A stretch of DNA of 64,000 nucleotides from Octopus vulgaris (taxonomy: Eukaryota), in contig OX597818.1 of the NCBI GenBank assembly GCA_951406725.2, positions 115,940,001 to 116,004,000 of the forward strand. Reading direction: 5' to 3'. The translations under genes and the position numbers were made by a program. Below the pieces are notes generated by a model. The model searched no databases. It was not told where the DNA came from and worked only from the letters and a program-made list of their open reading frames with translations. This document shows, in pieces, positions 1 to 12,847 of the stretch; the first letter of the stretch is position 1, and each line of letters begins with the position of its first letter.

Positions 1-13
1 TTTAAAATATATA

Positions 14-160
14 TCATCATCATCATCATCATCATTTAGCGTCCGCTTTCCATGCTAGCATGGGTTGGACGGTTCAACTGGGGTCTGTGAAGCCAGAAGG
101 CTGCATCAGGCCCAGTCTGATCTGGCAGTATTTCTACGGCTGGATGCCCTTCCTAACGCC
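14..160 (-). mobile_element. SINE-like element with RTE-type 3' end and (GAT)n tail; other copies about 1118-1440(-), 14860-15225(+), 17550-17758(+), 18480-18721(+), 20440-20756(+)
   Basis: Recurrent GGCGTTAGGAAGGGCATCCAGC...CCGTCCAACCCATGCYAGCATGGAAAACGGACGTTAAACGATGATGAT. Confidence 0.75.
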
Positions 161-500
161 ATATATATATGGGGAAGGGGAGGAGAGAGACAGAGAGAGG
201 ATACACACATGGAAATAGTTTCCATCAACCAATATTACTCACAAGATGTTGGTCAGTGAAGGCTATGGCAGAAGACACATGACTAAGATGCCACTCACAA
301 TAGAACTAAACCCAACACTGTAGTTGCAAAGCAGACTTCTTAACCCCACAGCCATGCTTAAGCCTACATAATATTGAATAATAATGCTTTTTTAAATTTA
401 TTTATTTTACAAATATTAATCAAGAGAGAGGTACTCTGCTCATGATCTTCACTGTTCCTCTGAAACTGATCAGATATACTGAGGTTGAAATTCAATTTAA

Positions 501-720
501 CCCATTTGTGACCATATTCCTGTTGAGAAGCTCTCTGTTTCTTTCAATTACTTTAAATATAACAAAGAATTTAATAAAATAACTTAGTTACCATTAAGCT
601 AGTGTTAGGAACATAAATTGTGACTAAGGTTTGGTGGAAGATTTTAATTCAAAACTTACGGAAACAAGACATTTGTACTCAGAGCCAGAGGCAGTTTTGG
701 TCAGGTTGGTATAGAAAGGG
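501..720. mobile_element. TTAA-flanked MITE (piggyBac-like CCC...GGG ends); related copies at 752-~965 and 12463-12683
   Basis: TTAA|CCCATTTG...GAAAGGG|TTAA. Three near-identical internal copies (AAATATAACAAAGAATTTA...GGTTTGGTGGAAGATTTTAATTCAAAAC). Confidence 0.75.
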
Positions 721-2008
721 TTAAGAATTGTTTCTCTATCATATATTTTAACCCTTTTGTGACCATATTTCTGTTAAGATGCTCTGTGTTTCTTTCAATT
801 AATTTTAAATATAACAAAGAATTTAGCAAAATAACTTAGTTATCATTAAGCTAGTGTTAGGAGCATTAATTATGACTAAGGTTTGGTGGAAGATTTTAAT
901 TCAAAACTTATGAAAACAAGACATTAGTACAAGGGAGCTAGAGGTAGTTTCAGCCGGGTTGATATCAACTGCAAATTGACAACTGTAGGCAAGACATTAG
1001 CGGCAAGATAATTCCACTTTCATTTCTGATCTCATTACTTGTTTACATCTGATGTCTCAATACGAAACGTTGTAGCCAAAATCAGTGCTGGCTCAGTGTC
1101 TATAGAATATCTGTAGAATCATCCTCATCATCATCGTTTAACATCTGTTTTCCATGCTAGCATGGGTTGGATGATTTGACTGAGGACCGGCAAACCAGAT
1201 GTCTGCACGAGGCTCCAATCTGATCTGGCAGAGTTTCTACAGCTGGATGCCCTTCCTAACGCCAACCACTTCGAAAGTGTAGTGGGTGCTTTTACGTGCC
1301 ACCGGCATGAGGGCCTGTCAGGCGGTACTGGCAGTGGCCATGCTCGAATGGTGTTTTTTACGTGCCACCTCCACAGGAGCCAGTCCAGTGGCACTGGCAA
1401 CGACCTTGCTCGAATGTTTTTTCACATGCCACTGGCACAAACAACCTTAAATATAATGTAACAAGCACTGCTGACGCAGTAGAACATTATAATAACTTAT
1501 AAAAAGATTTAGTATACTTCATAATATATTGTGTTTACATACAGAAGTGCCATGTACCTACAAACCTTTAATTCCAGAGGGTCAATGTTCTGGAAAAGGG
1601 TTAAATGTGAATGATGAAAAAAGAAGACAAGTAGGTCTAGGGTGCCTGAACAGAGGGAATATGAAAAGGGCTAGATTGAAAGTGTACAGGCCACCATAGT
1701 GGTGATAATAATAACAAAACAAAAAAAAGAAGGGAGACAGCACAGTCTTCATGAGTAACCTCATGCTAATCAGCAAGTTTTTTTTTTTCTTTCCTTTTGA
1801 TCACAATGTTTGGATGAGTAGAAATATTAGTGACACCATTGTGGTTCTCATATGAACTTTCCAGAGAGACAGCAGGTGTCCAGGACCTGAAGGATTTATA
1901 GGCTTTGAAAGTAAAAGCTAGTCTTTGGGGTACAGTTTTCTTCTATGTTATCAATGTGAAATTGCCAAGACAGAAAGGAAAAATTGGAATTTATTATAGC
2001 TATGCATG

Positions 2009-2047
<39 letters not shown>

Positions 2048-2411
2048 ATCCGAACATGAACAAAGAGAAAACACAACAACGCGAGGACGTGGAACAAGTC
2101 TAGTGTCATTGGACGCTCAGGAAAGGAAAGAAAGAAGGAGGATTTAACGTTTTGAGCGGAGCTCTTCGTCAGAAACATAGAAAAAGGAAAGGTCCAAGGA
2201 AGGGAAGACGGAGAAACAAAATCGCCAACGATACACACGTGGTCACATATAGATATAATCATTGTTTTCCATGATGGCATATGGGTTGGATGATTTGACA
2301 GGATCCAACAAGCTGCAGGACTGTGCCAAACTCCAGTGTCAGCTTTGGTATGGTTTCCACAGCTGGATACCCTTCCTGATGCTCTATGCATGTGTGTGTG
2401 TGTGTGTGTGT

Positions 2412-2481
<70 letters not shown>

Positions 2482-2782
2482 GAGAGAGAGAGACTCTCGC
2501 TCTTCTCAAGTCCACAAACTTACAGACACCACAACCAATATCAGCAAAATGGAAAGTCGGTCTGGCGAGATTGTTGAATTGCTAGAGCAAAGGGATGTAG
2601 ATATGTGCAAGAGAGGTACAAGGGAGGAGAGCCTCAGCTAGACTGCTCATGAGCAAGGAACATAGAAGATATGTTCTTCTGAGTTGGCAGCATAGGTATA
2701 CTTTTGGAAGAAAAATGGATTGATAAGATGATCAATGCAGTCAGAGTATGTGATAAGATTGTTAAACTAAGATTAGTCTTAA

Positions 2783-3003
2783 CCCTTTAGTGTTCAGATT
2801 ACTCTGTTAAATGTAATGCTTTTTTATTTAAATTGTTTTGAATTAATCATGCATTACCTTATAGCTTTAAGGTTTCAATGATGTGATTGTTTATTTTTAG
2901 AATGTCAATGTAGGTTAGGTGTGAGAGGCTAGATATGGCCAGTTTGAATATAAAATATGTTGAATATGTTGGGCCGGATTTGGCCAGTTTAAACACTAAA
3001 GGG
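2783..3003. mobile_element. Second TTAA-flanked MITE family
   Basis: TTAA|CCCTTTAGTGTT...AACACTAAAGGG|TTAA with perfect 12-bp TIRs; interrupts RTE-derived sequence. Confidence 0.8.
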
Positions 3004-4148
3004 TTAAATAATACAGCAGTGACATTTATTTCAGAAATATAAAACATCAGTGGTGCTTCTCCCTGGCACAATCTCAAACAGCATCTCATCTAAACTAACT
3101 CTCTCCCTAATTAGTTGGGCTGTGACCCTCTCCATGACTTTCATCACTTGATCCAACTGTTTGATACCTCTGTAATTATTTCTATCTAAGTCGTCACCTT
3201 TACCTTTGTAGCAGTTGACTATAGTCAGCTACACAAGTCATAGGGTATGTCTCCTTTGTGTATCACCTGGTTAATTATACAAGTAACTAGACCACAGCCT
3301 ACACCACCAGATACTTTAAGCATCTTCGTGGTGATTCCTGATGGGTTCGGGGCTTTCCCTGTCTTCATAGCCTTAATTGCCTTATCTACCAAGGTACTGT
3401 CAATTTGAATAGCTGGTCCCTCAGTTGGGCCAACATTTGGCAGGCTCTCTATCTCCCATTCATTAATCAGCAATCAATCTGGTGGACATGCAAGCCAAAT
3501 TGATTACATTCTCACCAGAAAACAGAATAGGAAGGTGCTTGAGAATGCAAAGTCCTTCCCTGGTGAAGAATGTACAACTCAACATTGGTTAGTAGTTAGT
3601 AACTTCAGACTTAAGGACTCAGACACAACCAGTTTCAAAAAGGAAGATATGAAGGCTTAAAGATCCCTTAAACAGTTAGAAATTCAGAAATACACGTTGA
3701 AGTACTGGATGATGGAAAAGGAGATCCTGTCATATAGCATAGAGGTCAACTAGAAGACTTTTTAAGAGACAATCTGATGAGAGCTACAGCCCAAATCTGT
3801 GGCCAGGGCAAAGTTACAGCTCAACTCAGGATGACATGGTGGCAGGACAGTGCAGTAGAAAGGGCCATCAAAACAAAAAGAGAGTCTTCAAAAGACTGAG
3901 AAAATGAAGTCAGCAATGAATTATGTCAGGTAGTTAGGAGGGAAGCTAGGTAACAGGGTTATTTAGCAAGGGGAAAAGCAGAAAGGAAGATGTTTACCAA
4001 TGTCTTATAGTATGAGGACAAGAGGACTGAGGTGTTCCAGATTACAAGATAATGTATCAGAGAGAATTGAGATTTCGAAAGAAGTGTGTATGGATGGATA
4101 ATGGTAAGCTTGCATTTAGTGATTCTGAAAGGAAAGAGACAATGAAGT

Positions 4149-4569
4149 TGTAGTGACGCCATCCTGCACGCATGCGCAGAGTTGGATTCTTCCAGGAGGC
4201 CTGCCGGAAGTTCCCTCATGCGCATGCACAGAAAACTAGCAGCAGCAAAATTTCCCACATATCGGTCTCTCAAACGCTGACAGCCGAGCAGGACGAACGT
4301 GTTTTAGCAGCTCTCTCAAGCCGCACCTCGTGGCATTGCTACGCTATGCTAGAACAGATAGGATTTGGCTCACTGCACTTGACTACTCGGACGAGCTCCT
4401 AGGCTGCTGATTTGCCCAGAAGAATATATTTATATTGCGAATCCAGAAAATAAAATATTTATGCTGTTGAAGTTATTCGGAAGTCTTGACTCTTTCCTTT
4501 GATTAATATTTTAATGTAAAGGATGAGAGCTGCACCCATCCAGTGTTACAGACCTTACGTCCTGTTACA
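4149..4569. mobile_element. Solo LTR (421 bp, Gypsy-like 4-bp TSD) inserted in the RTE fragment
   Basis: aagt|TGTAGTG...TGTTACA|aagt; TG..CA ends, internal AATAAA near 4449; RTE sequence resumes on both sides. Confidence 0.8.
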
Positions 4570-5753
4570 AAGTGCTACTACATAAAGTTATGAAATGTGG
4601 AGAGTGCATGAGAGAAAAAGACTCTTCCAAATGTGAATCCAACAGAGAGACCAGTTATCCTAGTTGAGAGCAGCAGGATAGATAAGGCAATTAAGGATAT
4701 GAAGTTAGGGAAAGCCCCTGGTTCATCAGGAATTACCACTGAGATGCTTCAAATATCTGGCATAGGAGGATACAACTTAGCCAGCTGTATATTTGTTCAG
4801 GTTATACAAGAAGGTGCCAAGTCCAATGACTGGTTTAGCAGCATTATGGTTTGCTGTTACAAGGAGATGCCTTAAATAGAATTATAGAAATATCAAATTA
4901 CTGGAGCAAGACATGAAATTATAACCAATGCCGTCATCATTTGATATCAGTTTTCCATGCTGTCATAGAGGTTTGACAAGTCATCACTACCCGAGTCAAT
5001 CCTTATTCAGATTTACTGATTGGTTTGAAGGTCACACAATTTCTTATACATTTCATTTTGGGCTGGTTTCTACAGCTGGATGCCCTTCCTATTGCCAACC
5101 ACTTTACAGAATACACTAACTGCCTATTCTCATGGCACCAACACTAAAGAAGTTGTCATGTCCTCAATATTCCCATACATAGATAGTTTTCCATGCTTGC
5201 AAAGGTTGAGAGATAGTTATCAGGTGCGGTCCCAAGAATTTTTCAAAGGTAGGGCACAAGGTCAAAATGGAATCCATTTCCAGGAGAAAAGGGCCAAATA
5301 ACATTATTCAAAAGGGCGCACATCTTTTCTGGAGGCGGGGGCACGTGCCCCTCAGCACCCTCTCTTTAAGCCCACCCCTGATTATAACTGGTGACGTACT
5401 TTTTTCAAAGGCGGTGGGGATCTCATTCTGTCAGTCACTATTCAAATTACACGAGAGAAAACAGCACAGCATTTACCACTGTCTTGTTTCGGGTTGTTTT
5501 AAGAAAACATTATTCATTTAACTTGTCGATCTCTCGACATTGGTCTGAAGAGTGTCGGTATGTGGAGACACGTCATTCACTTTATTTTCTGCCTGGCCTC
5601 TTCATCCGTCTTTTGGGAAGGTTGTATGGATGAACGACAGCGTGTACCAATACCGAAGGATTGCCTTTAACTTTATTACAGAATAGATATAGAACCAGAA
5701 AGACGAGAGAAACCAAGAACACGTATGAATGACAGAAGATGATTAAAAAGAGA

Positions 5754-5810
<57 letters not shown>

Positions 5811-7449
5811 GACTAAAAGAGAAAGTTTTAAAAAATGGACAGAGTGAGAAAAACACTGATCGAATGGATGAATAATAAAGCAGATCAATAAATAGATGTG
5901 TAATAAATGAGCAGATCAAAAGAAAATTAGGGATAAATATTTAAATAAAATCGAAGAGATCCAAAGAGCAGGAAAGGGAAAGGAAGAACAAGTTAGAGAA
6001 ACGAGGTAAAGGAATGGATAAACAAAGATAAAAAGATAAACATACAATAAATAGACTGCATGGAAACTAATTTTAGTTCAACAGTTTCAAAACAGAAAAC
6101 AAGCCAACGGGGAGGGCTCTGCGTGGTGCTCGACCTACTAGAAATAGATGGTAAATCACCTCAAATCCAATAAAACCATAAATAAAACATCTTTTTTTTT
6201 TTGTCATTGGACTACGACCCCTGCTGGGACACACCACCTTCGCGTGAGCCAACCGGGGGACTTCTACGTAGCTATGCGAGCTGCTAGAAACAGCAGTCAA
6301 ATCTCCCTCTAATCTCATTCTCCTGTTTTAAAAAGGACACTTTGGATAATGTGGTCCTTGCGCATAGGAAAACTATGGGGTGGTCATGAATGGAATGGTT
6401 TGATTAAACATTGGTCTACTCGATCGGAGTTGACTTGTAAGCTAAACAACAAAAACTACCGATTTCTGGTGAGATTTTAGTAAATTTAATGAACGCCAAT
6501 TTTACCGACCTCAGAAGTAAACGAAAATCCGAGTTGGGTGGATTTGAACTCGGAACAGAGAAAGAAATACAAGATACTGCATTCAATTCTACCAATTTGG
6601 CTATCCATGTGTGTGTGTGTGTAACAGAAATACTAAAAAATTACGAAAACTAAAGATCGGGTCATAAACGATAATGATTCTAAAACTTCGCTAATTAAAG
6701 GTTATAGTAATTAAGACTTTCAATTTCCTACTCGATTGTAGAATGAGATTTGTGGGGGTAGATTCGGCTATCTGTTTTAGCAGATCGACCAACTAAATAG
6801 AAGCTCCTGGCTTAGCTTATTTCAGTGTTTAGAGAACAGTGATATGCTGTGAAATATAATGAAACTACGATAGGAAAAAAAATAGTTGTCAAGTTCTTCC
6901 TGTCAGCCATCCATGCTCTTGTAACCGTGTGTTTAACTGTAATAATTGAAAATCGGTGTCGGGGACCGAAACAAGCAACTTAATCTAGTTTTATTTATTA
7001 TTGATTATCGAAGTTTTTTTTTTTTTTTTTTTACTTTTTACTTTGTGCTCTTTTTATTTTCTCTACCGACTATTATAGTATAAATAGTATAAATGAAGAG
7101 TTTAGATAAGGATGTTAGTATATATGGGTGTGTGTGCATTTGTTTGACATTAGATTTCAATTCCTAACAGCTGAAGTATTCAAGATAACCTCAGACTAAT
7201 TCGCCTCTGCGATTAATTAAGCATTTGGCTTTAAAAGGAGCAAGGAGCACGGAACGATCAGAGTGGTAGCATAAAGTTGGAGAAAAGACAAGGGTCAACA
7301 GAAAACACCTGATCGTCTTCCGAATCTATTGTTTGCCCAAAACTCATAAACACACAACGCAAATAAAAACAGTTTACATTTGAGTAAAATTATTGTAGAT
7401 CGACTCCGATCGATGGAACAATAAACACATGTACTCTCACTCTCGCACA

Positions 7450-7487
<38 letters not shown>

Positions 7488-7625
7488 ATACATATTAGAG
7501 GGACACCTCTATGTGGACACCCTTATGCTAGAAATAGATCCGCTATGGTCTTACCACTAAGAAATGTTCTCAAGAAAAATTTAGCAAAACAACCAAAACG
7601 TAATCGAGCAAGACAAAAGAAAAAG

Positions 7626-7671
<46 letters not shown>

Positions 7672-8032
7672 TAAAGAGAGAAGTGTGTGCGTGAGAGAGG
7701 AATTACATTCAACAAATAAGGAATTATTTAAAGGGCAACATATTTCAACACGTTTTAAAATCCACAGTTAAAATTAAAAGGATTAAAGGAGCGTGGATGT
7801 AATAAAATGTAATTAAATGTGACTTGGTCTCACCGTTGTTACATTGTAAGTTGTGAAAGGATCTTTGGAAAAGGAAGGATCAACGAATGTAATAACACCG
7901 ATAGACACCGGTTGTAGATGTGACGTCACGGATGGCGGTCAGAGCCGAAATTCAGTGCTCTTTAAATATTATTCCGTTTACCTATTTTTCCCGCCTTTCT
8001 TAATACGTTGAAATAATGTTTTATTTGAAATA

Positions 8033-8159
8033 CAGGGTGTCCACAAAGTTTGGGTACATGGGGATTAACACATACTTTAAGAAATTATTATTTCTTATAT
8101 TTAATTGTTTATGTTTTGATTTTATTTACTCCATGTAGCCACACTTTGTGGACACCCTG
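8033..8159. mobile_element. Tc1/mariner-type MITE
   Basis: TA|CAGGGTGTCCACAAAGT...ACTTTGTGGACACCCTG|TA. Confidence 0.85.
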
Positions 8160-8489
8160 TATAATGCCTTCCTTTTTCCCAGTTTTCTTACGTATTAATT
8201 AATAAAAGGTGACTCGACTAATCCAGTTATTTTTTTATGTAAAACGAGAAGGGCGAAAGTTAAAGATCAATTAAGAGAATAACTACAACTTGGAGTTTAC
8301 AATTAATAGGTATTTGAGTCTACGTAAAATGAAAAATAAAAGACTAGATAAGTTTGCAGTAATAATAGCTGGATTTAAATTTTGGGTGCCATGAGAAGAA
8401 AAATCTATGTAAAGCAAAGTTACGAAAACTGGAAACGTGATAAGAAATTTCCATTCGTATGAAGCTTCACCTGCACAAGAAGTCGCATA

Positions 8490-9451
8490 TCTATATATAT
8501 AAAACTCTAGTTGTGTGAGTGTCTTAACCAAATTCGGGTATCTTATAGTCGTGATTCATATCGAGCCCGTCTGATTATTAGCGCGCGTCAACGATGAGTC
8601 TACGATTTTAAAAATAATTTAACATCATTTTTTATTCCATTTTAATGCATAAAATGCATCGTGTGTCGATGGCGGCGGAGTTGGCGTCCACGCTCACAGC
8701 TGCACCTGTTTGCTTTTCCCCCTTCCCTCCCTCGTGAAGCTGTGGGAAAGGGAGTGTAAAGAAAACAACGTCGTAATGCGTTGTGAAGGAAACCAGCGTT
8801 CTTTTAGAACAACGACTTCATGGCTTGAAGACACCAAAACAAAAATGGCTAAGAAAGCCCGAATTTATAAGGGAAGTAACTCTCTAAAAATGCTTATATA
8901 GTTATTTCCCTTACAAACCCGAGCAACGCCGGGCGATACTGCTAGTCTATATATATAAAACTCTAGTTGTGTGAGTGTCTGTCCCCTTCGATTTAGATTC
9001 CTAACTCCTCCCACATTTTGCGGTGCAGTTTAACCAAATTCGGGTATCTTATAGTCGTGATTCATATCGAGCCCGTCTGACTATTAGCGCGCGTCAACAA
9101 TGAGTCTACGATTTTAAAAATAATTTAACATCATTTTTTATTCCATTTTAATGCATAAAATGCATCGTATGTCGATGGCGGCGGAGTTGGCGTCCACGCT
9201 CACAGCTGCACCTGTTTGCTTCTCCCCCTTCCCTCCCTCGTGAAGCTGTGGGGAAGGGAGTGTAAAGAAATCAACGTCGTAATGCGTTGTGAAGGAAACC
9301 AGCGTTCTTTTAGAACAACGACTTCATGGCTTGAATACACCAAAACAAAAATGGCTAAGAAAGCCCGAATTTATAAGGGAAGTAACTCTCTAAAAATGCT
9401 TATATAGTTATTTCCCTTACAAACCCGAGCAACGCCGGGCGATACTGCTAG
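8490..9451 (+). mobile_element. Head-to-tail dimer of a non-autonomous Helitron (8490-8945, 8946-9451)
   Basis: A|TCTATATATATAAAA 5' end; 3' hairpin CCCGAGCAACGCCGGG then CTAG|T; junction CTAG-TC with no spacer. Copy 1 lacks a 50-bp segment present in copy 2. Confidence 0.85.
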
Positions 9452-10084
9452 TTAGAAATAAAAATAAAAAAGGAAAAAAAAAAAAAAGTTAGCGACAGAG
9501 AACGCTCGGGAAGTGAAAACGTCTTCAACGTTTCGAGCCTACGCTCTTCCATAGAAAGAAACATGGAGAGAAAATAAAGAATGTGTAGTGGCTAGCGATC
9601 TATCATGGCGAATGATAAGATCGCTAGCCACTACATTACACATCACTATATATATATACACTGTTAACAAAATTTGGGATGCGTGGCGTTCAGTTATTCC
9701 ATTAATGAAAATGGATAAAATTCTACAAAACGTAAACGTAGGACATACACCAGACTCCTAATCCTTCATCAGTTATCGACCCAAAAATATTAATACCAAG
9801 TTTCAACACACACACACACACACACACACACATCTATGTATAATTAGTCACTATGAGGATATTTAAACCTCTTATAGGGATAGTTTTATCCAAGTTATAC
9901 TGGTTTAATATATTTATATTTTGAAGCGATATTTCTTCAAATGAATTATAAAAATATCAAATATTAAGTAAGAAAATGGAGAGATTTAATGGATATAAAT
10001 GAACTTATTAATCAACATTGCCTATAATTGTTTCAGTTCACACCCGATACAAATTACAAAATATATAATAATAATAATAATAAT

Positions 10085-10546
10085 ACGGCGAAAGAGTTTG
10101 ACAAGCTCAGAAAATATAAAGACCTGCTCATTGAAATTGAGAAAATGTGGCATCTCAAGGCGGTTACAATACCAGTGATCGTAGGAGCACTAGGAATGAT
10201 CAAGAAGGGAACCGAAAATTATATGAGAATGATCCCTGGCTTATCATCCCTGCAAGAAGTGCAAAAGATTGTCTTAACTGGTACATCACACGTATTGAGA
10301 AGAGCATTGTCGCTGTGAGAACTATTACTACCCATGTGTTTTAATTTAACTTAAAAAAAAAAAAAAAAATGAACGAACAATTGAGTTTAGTTTAATGGCC
10401 TACCAATTATGTACATTATTTACATTTGACGGATATTTGTCCTCATCTTGTTTGTTGTTAAGTTTCGGCTGATACACCCTCCATCCTTCTTCAAGTGTCT
10501 TGGGGAAATTTCAAACCTGGGTTCTCATTCCTAAGGTATTTTTCAA

Positions 10547-10588
<42 letters not shown>

Positions 10589-10733
10589 GCCCACGGGCAT
10601 ATGGCGTAGTGGTTAAGAGCATGGGCTACTAACCCCAAGATTATGAGTTTCTTTGCCCTAGGAGTCGGGAAGACACCCGGCAAGAAATGGAAGCAAATTT
10701 GAAAGAAGAAAAAAAAAATAATGATAATAATTA
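10085..10733 (+). mobile_element. 5'-truncated R4/Dong-like non-LTR retrotransposon 3' end in an (AAT)n tract, interrupted by an insertion
   Basis: KEFDKLRKYKDLLIEIEKMWHLKAVTIPVIVGALGMIKK...QKIVLTGTSHVLRRALSL* matches the restriction-like endonuclease C-terminus of R4/Dong. Begins right after (AAT)n at 10067-10084 and ends in AATAATGATAATAAT. Confidence 0.75.
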
Positions 10734-11806
10734 ATTCGTTTATTGGCCACAAGGGCTAACAAAAAGCAAATAAAACATGTAGCGACAAAATACAGGAGGA
10801 AAGTTACAAAAGGGTTTTGTCCGTTTGAAAAGTCCGTGTAAAAATGCAAGATAACGAAAATATAACATATAAGTTTACATTTTGAAGATCTTGAGTGTAA
10901 TATCTTCAGGGCAAAGGACATTACGGAGTTTACACGTTGATCAGATGAAATACTCTGCACATCAATCAAAATGTACAGTTTTATAGATTTATTACAATCG
11001 AACTTACCAATGGGTTTCGCCCTATATACTAAAACCGGATGCTAGATAACAGCATGGTTGAGTAATAAGGCATACTCTTCAGAGAAAACCGTCTTGTTAT
11101 CTAACATCCGATTTTAGAACATAATGCGAAATCGATTACAAATATAGTCTGTAATGGAGCTATAATATCGGATATTTTGATTAATATACCTTCTCGATTG
11201 ATAAATATACGACTGTGCATCTTTTTTCTAGCATATAAATTCTTAGACGAGTATGTATGTATGTATGTATGTATGTATGTATGTATGTATGTATGTATGT
11301 ATGTATGTATGTGTGTGTGTATGTATGTATGTATGTATGTGTGTATGTATGTATGCATGCATGTATGAGATTAGTCATTATCTCCCTTGACCAATCTAAA
11401 CAGACAAAATTTGTAGTTTTTTTTTTTTCAGTTTAAAAACTCTTAATTTGTTAAGAGTGTATTCACAAGATTATTTTACTGATATTCTTATATTTATGTT
11501 TATCGAAGTTTCCTCATATATTCGCTTATATCATATATTAATCTGAAAAACCAGTAGTAAACTGAAAAAAAAAAGATTATCTGATTTTAAATGTTTTTAG
11601 TTTATAATAATAAAATCAACACGCATGAATTCTTATGTTTTTGTTTCTGTATTTATCATATTTGATTATACGAAGATTTAGAAGTAATTTTCACAAACTC
11701 ATTGTCAATAGATAAATCGTGAAAAAAAAAAAAAAACAAAAAAAAATTCTTTGGATGTTTTTGTTATCAGGAACAAAAATAACATAACACCGGAAACGAC
11801 AAAACA

Positions 11807-11977
11807 ATGGCGGGATTAGAATTATTGTCGGATCAAGGATTTCGTGTTGATGGACGAAGACCTCATGAATTACGGAAAATCCAGTGTCGGCTCGGCGTGT
11901 TCGGACAGGCTGATGGTTCAGCTTATTTGGAAATGGGTAACACAAAAGTCTTGGCTGCTGTCTATGGACCTCATGAG
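11807..11977 (+). CDS. EXOSC4: Exosome complex component RRP41 (RNase PH-like), exon 1 of 3
   Basis: ATG at 11807 reads MAGLELLSDQGFRVDGRRPHELRKIQCRLGVFGQADGSAYLEMGNTKVLAAVYGPHE, the recognisable Rrp41 N-terminus. 171 nt, phase-0 donor GAG|GTAAGA at 11978. Confidence 0.97.
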
Positions 11978-12720
11978 GTAAGACGGACTCTTTTTTTCAA
12001 AACTCACGTGTCAACACCTTCTGAATTAAACAAATATATAAATTTACTTCAGTAATTAAATGTAATGCATGTAACTGTACATTAGTATCGAATTTATTAC
12101 TTCTGTACTGTGCATGGTATCAGTAAAATTAATCTGGCCGCATTAATGATTTGTAGTTTTTTACTCGTAAATTCGTGCGGATTATAAGACGTACCTGACC
12201 ATCGGTGTCCAGAAAGTCGATGTTATGAGATATCTATAACCGTTAGTTATAGATATCTCACATAAAGACATAAATATATTTGGTGGATGGTGGTCAATTA
12301 GATCGACCTCAATATTCTACTGGTATGTATTTTATCGCCGCTGGAAGATAAATAGCTTATTCAACTTCGACCGCATTTTCACCACGCGCACCACTCTTAA
12401 TTATCGAAGCATGAAACATGGCCAGAGTATTTTCTGTTAATAAACTTATCGAATAGCTTTAACCCTTCTGTTACCATATTTATTTTGAGGTGCTCAGTGT
12501 TTCTTTCAATTAATTTTAAATATAACAAAGAATTTAGTAAAATAACTTACTTGTCATTAAGCTGGAGTTAGGAACATAAATCGTGACTAAGGCTTGGTGG
12601 AAGATTTTAATTCAAAACTTATGAAAACAAGACATTTGTACTCAGAGCCAGAGCCGGTTTCAGCCGTGTTGGTAATGAAAGGGGAAAGATTTTGTTGAAC
12701 GATGCTGTACAAGAATAAGG

Positions 12721-12847
12721 GGTACTACTTATATACAGAGGTCCCGATGCATCTGCGTAACGATATGCACTGGTTAGGGTTAGTTTTAAGGTTGGTTAGC
12801 GCTAGGGTTACGTAGATGCGTCGGGACCTCTTTATTTAAGTAGTACC
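12721..12847. mobile_element. Palindromic MITE with GG termini and 8-bp TSD (Merlin-like)
   Basis: gaataagg|GGTACTACTTATATACAGAGGTCCCGA...TCGGGACCTCTTTATTTAAGTAGTACC|gaatgagg. Confidence 0.75.

Larger units (their letters stand above)
2505..4925. mobile_element. Decayed, rearranged RTE-clade LINE (endonuclease pieces +, RT N-terminal piece - at about 3100-3473 and + at about 4575-4925)
   Basis: Translations include SGEIVELLEQRDVD, SQIDYILTRK...FPGEECTTQHWLVV (APE endonuclease end) and AIKAMKTGKAPNPSGITTKMLK / AIKDMKLGKAPGSSGITTEML (RT domain 0), with stops and frameshifts. Confidence 0.8.

Noticed and set aside
5540-5580. Hammerhead-like CTGAAGA-GTGTC...GACAC-GTC
   Set aside because: The GAAA core strand and stem III are missing, so it is too incomplete to call.
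8710-9407. Twin 63-aa ORFs suggesting a duplicated small gene
   Set aside because: Both lie inside the two Helitron units and start at non-ATG codons.
11002-11220. Minus-strand GTAAGT donor upstream of EXOSC4, suggesting a divergent coding gene
   Set aside because: The ATG-initiated frames I followed stop before the donor and no partner exon was found; a non-coding exon cannot be excluded.
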